Part shown: positions 60,683 through 64,000 of the stretch, piece after piece
Layout: each line of letters opens with the position of its first letter
Numbering within the stretch: position 1 is the first letter of the stretch
NCBI RefSeq assembly: GCF_963921235.1
Contig: NC_086097.1
Span: forward strand, 138,510,001-138,574,000
Direction: 5' to 3'
Source: Mobula hypostoma
Lineage: Eukaryota
Length of the DNA stretch: 64,000 bases
The notes under the pieces: model-generated
The model's database searches: none
Seen by the model: the letters and a program-made list of their open reading frames with translations, nothing else
Told to the model about the DNA's origin: nothing
Position numbers and translations under genes: made by a program

Positions 60683-62181
60683 CAGGTGTCCCCCGCTTTT
60701 CGAATGTTTGCTTTACGAAACCTCACTGTTACGAAAAAAAAGGCAGCACGATAAAAAATTCAGGCGAAAAAAATCAGCGCGCGATAAAAGGCAGCGCGCG
60801 TGCCCGAGCAGCCGCTCTCCCCCGGATTCGAAACTGCATTCTCACCGGCATTGCTTAAATACGTGCCTGTGAGCAGCCGTTTGCAAGATGAGTTCTTTGG
60901 TGTCGGGAAAGCCTAAAAGAGCTCGTAAGGGTGTTACACTTAGCGTAGAACTATACATAATTAAGCGTTTCAATCGTGGTGAACGAAGTAAGGACTAAAT
61001 GAGTTTGGCTTGTGGAAGCTGACAGATGATGTTGAAGAGGTTTTGACATCCCTTGACCAAGAACTGATAGATGAAGAGCTGATGCAATTGGAAGAGGAAA
61101 GGATAACAATCGAAACCGAATGCTGTAGCGAAAGTGAAGCAACTGCGTGAGATTTTCACTGCAATGATAAAGTTCGACTTTAATTTTGAAAGGGTACGTC
61201 GGTTTAGGGGATATTTGCAAGGTGGTTTGAGTGCTTACAAGGAACTGTATGATAGAAAAATGTGCAAGGTTCAGCAGTCAAGCAAGCCTTCCACATCAGC
61301 CACAGCAGACGACGAACCTCGACCTTCGACATCGAGGTGAGCAGTCATAGGAGAAGATGAGCTGCCTGCTCTAATGGAAACAGACGACGAGATGACACCC
61401 CAGTGTCCCACCACCCCAACACCCAGGCCACGGACAAATACTGTACCGATTCACGGAGAATGCATAGACGACGCAGTCGGAAATCGGCACTGATCTGGGC
61501 CAACAATTACGTGCCAGGCGGCACCTAATTAATTAGCATGTTTATTTCGGCTTTTTTCTTAAAGATGTGCTGTGTGTCTCCCAGCTACCGCTGGACCCCT
61601 GCATGTTTCGCAGCAATGTATCGGTCGGCAGCCTAGAGGGTAGGGGCCACTGCACCACCCCAGCCTGCGACGACTCAGTCTAACACACCATCATCAATGT
61701 GCTCTGCGCTGTCTTCCCAATTCCAGTAAGTGATACTACACTGTACATACATTATTTCTATTTTATATCGGCTGTGTATTTTTACGTGTTATTTGGTATG
61801 ATTTGGCAGCTTCATAGCTTAAAGGTTACTGGAGAGCGGTTGCGCCGTGTTTTTGCCAACAGCGCTTGCGTGAGAGTTTCTGCCGACGGCGCTTGCGTGA
61901 GATTTTCGCTACAGAGAACAGTGCAGTAATGATTGTGGAAAAGTATTTCTACTTTATATAAGCTGTATATTTATTATATCATTCCTGCTTTTACTATATG
62001 TTACTGGTATTTTAGGTTTTATGTGTTATTCGGCATGATTTGGGAGGTTATTTTTGGGTCTGCGAACGCTCACAAAATTTTCCCATATAAATAAATGGTA
62101 ATTGCTTCTTCGCTTTATGACATTTCGGCTTACGAACCGTTTCATAGGAACGCTCTACCTTCGGATGGCGGGGGAAACCTG
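60683..62181 (+). mobile_element. Internally deleted Tigger/pogo-family DNA transposon
   Basis: TIRs caggtgtcccccgc / gcgggggaaacctg; TA on the left, TC on the right; remnants MSS..KPKRARKGVTLSVELYIIKRFNRGE (psq-type HTH) and acidic C-terminus ELIDEELMQLEEE; no DDD domain. Confidence 0.85.
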
Positions 62182-62719
62182 TCCTCCAAGTGGTGTCTGC
62201 TGAAGTGCTTCTTAAATGTAATGATGTGATTCCAGCACCGCCTCTTGAGAGTGCATTCCAAATATCGGCCACATTGTGGAAACAACATTTTTCCTTCAAA
62301 TGTCATTTAAAACAACTTCCTCTCACCTTAAACCCATGCCTTCTTGTTTTTGGGGATCAGAACTGCAAACAGAATTCCAAATGTGACCTAACTAAGATAA
62401 GAACTCTTGTATGCTACGCCCCATCCTCTGAAGGCAGGCATGCCATATTGTCTATCTTCACCACCCTATCTAGTTGTTTTCATGGAATTATGAAATTAAA
62501 CTCCAAGATCCTTATTCATCAACATTCCTAATGTCTTATTATTTACTATATACAACTGGATCCACCTTCAGGTTTTCCTGATTCAGTCCAGATGAATGCA
62601 CTCCAAGTCTTCCAGGTCTGTCTTTAAGCAGTCACTTACTTCCCAGTCCAAGTATCTCCACTTCAGGAGCCTCAGGATCAATCTGTCGCAGCCATTTACC
62701 TCAGAGGCATGGTAAGAGA

Positions 62720-63640
62720 GCTGGGCTGCAGGTGAGACTGAAACAGTGCATGTTCAAGTCCCTGCTCGCCAGCACATTATCAACTAATGTACAGGCTGTT
62801 GAGAACAAAGTTGATTGAGTAAGAGCAGGGCTGGCCTATCAAAGAGAATTGAGGTACTGCTGTGCGCTATGTTTCACTGAAACGTAGTGTACACCTACTT
62901 CACCTGACTGTTCCAAACAACTTGAGGGCTAATATATTCACAGGATGCATCATACAACATCCTCAGGCAAAGTTAGAGATAGAAGGGTCTGCTTCCTGAT
63001 CAGTTCTTTCTCATGTTTGTATATGTCAATCCTGGTGAGTTCCTGATCAACCATCTTGGAATATCTATAGATTAAAGATTAGCTTTATTTACCACATTTT
63101 CATTGAAGCATACAATTAAATGTGTCATTTATATTAATGATCAACAGAGTCTGAGGATGCATTGCGGGCAGCTCGCAAGTGTCACTGTGCTTCTGGTGTT
63201 AACATAGCTTGCCCACAACTTACTCACCCATACGTTATTTTAATGTGGGAGGAAACTGGAACACCTGAGGAAACCTATGTAGTCACAGGGAGAACTTACA
63301 AACTTCTTACAGGCAGTAGTAGGATTTGAACTCTGATCACTGGCACTGTAAGGTGCTAGCCCCTCTGCTACCGTGACATAATCCAACAATAAAATGTCAC
63401 TTATTCTACTCGCCACGGGAATTTTAATTCACTGTCCTGAAGGCAGTCTACATCTCATTTCAGGTGGACATGAAACCTGCACTAATGAACTATACTCTGT
63501 GGTCAACAGCCTTGAAACAGAATACCCTGAGGCCCTTTTCATCATTGCTGGTAACTTCAATCAGGCAAATTTCAAGAGAGTGACACCAAATTACTGCCAG
63601 CATTTCTCCTGTTTACCAAGTATCCACCCGCCCTTGACCA
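62720..63640 (+). mobile_element. Degraded Rex/Babar endonuclease region
   Basis: LSTNVQAVENKVD..CCALCFTET and YPEALFIIAGNFNQANFK. Confidence 0.75.
63065..63376 (-). mobile_element. V-SINE-like SINE nested in the Rex fragment
   Basis: gtgggaggaaactggaacacctgaggaaacc...cacagggagaacttacaaact core plus a tRNA-like head. Confidence 0.65.
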
Positions 63641-63654
63641 TTGCTGTACAAACA

Positions 63655-63914
63655 TCAAAGGCATCAATAATCATTCCATGGTCACAGTCACTCAGATCAC
63701 ATTTCTTTCCCATTCTGATGTTTGGTCTAAGCAACAACTGAACCTCTTGACCATATAACCATATAACAATTACAGCACGGAGACAGGCCATCTTGGCCCT
63801 TCTAGTCCGTGCCGAATATCTGTATGCTTTTGTACTTTCAGTTGCTGTTAAATGATTGGCTGATTAGGTATTTGCATTAACGAGCTGGTGTACCTAATAA
63901 AGCGGCAACTGAGT
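63655..63914 (-). mobile_element. Tc1 5' fragment containing a tiny CR1 tail (about 63750-63818)
   Basis: MGKKCDLSDCDHGMII transposase start; TIR-like ctcagttgccgctttattaggtacac. Confidence 0.65.
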
Positions 63915-64000
63915 ATCTTTGACATTGATACTCATAAGAGTATGATATTTCTAACTGCTGGATAAAAAGACTAGGAGTGTCTTGTCTTGATATGCCTCCA

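Larger units (their letters stand above)
55980..62195 (-). mobile_element. CR1 3' fragment split by an LTR element and a Tigger element (pieces 55980-56424, 60606-60682, 62182-62195)
   Basis: Removing the inserts restores ggcaacatccttgtaaatctcc and cacagtactccaagtgg. Confidence 0.85.

Overview
Eukaryotic (vertebrate) genomic DNA. The repeat spectrum (abundant CR1 LINEs with SGNH-esterase ORF1, Rex/Babar, V-SINE/HE1-like SINEs, Penelope-like ends) suggests a cartilaginous fish, probably a ray or skate; this is inference. The only host gene I found is eIF3e/INT6 on the + strand: five coding exons equivalent to human exons 4-8, with GT-AG boundaries and consistent phases. The remaining exons lie outside the window. 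The introns are packed with nested, mostly decayed transposons: Tc1 (x3), L1, many CR1, Rex/Babar, RTE (x2), a hAT MITE, a Tigger/pogo element, Penelope-like fragments and two Gypsy-type LTR elements. Main finding: a 4.18 kb non-autonomous LTR retrotransposon (56425-60605; 698-bp LTRs about 94% identical; 4-bp TSD) in which most of pol is replaced by about 0.9 kb of intron-less class II myosin heavy-chain rod sequence (MYH16-like), i.e. host-mRNA capture. Other notable items: a minimal hammerhead ribozyme motif in a Penelope-like end, an L1 flanked by a ~127-bp target duplication, a twin-primed RTE insertion, a chimeric three-layer MITE and a non-coding retroposon family. Boundaries of decayed repeats are approximate, and protein similarities were judged from memory of the families, not from a database search.
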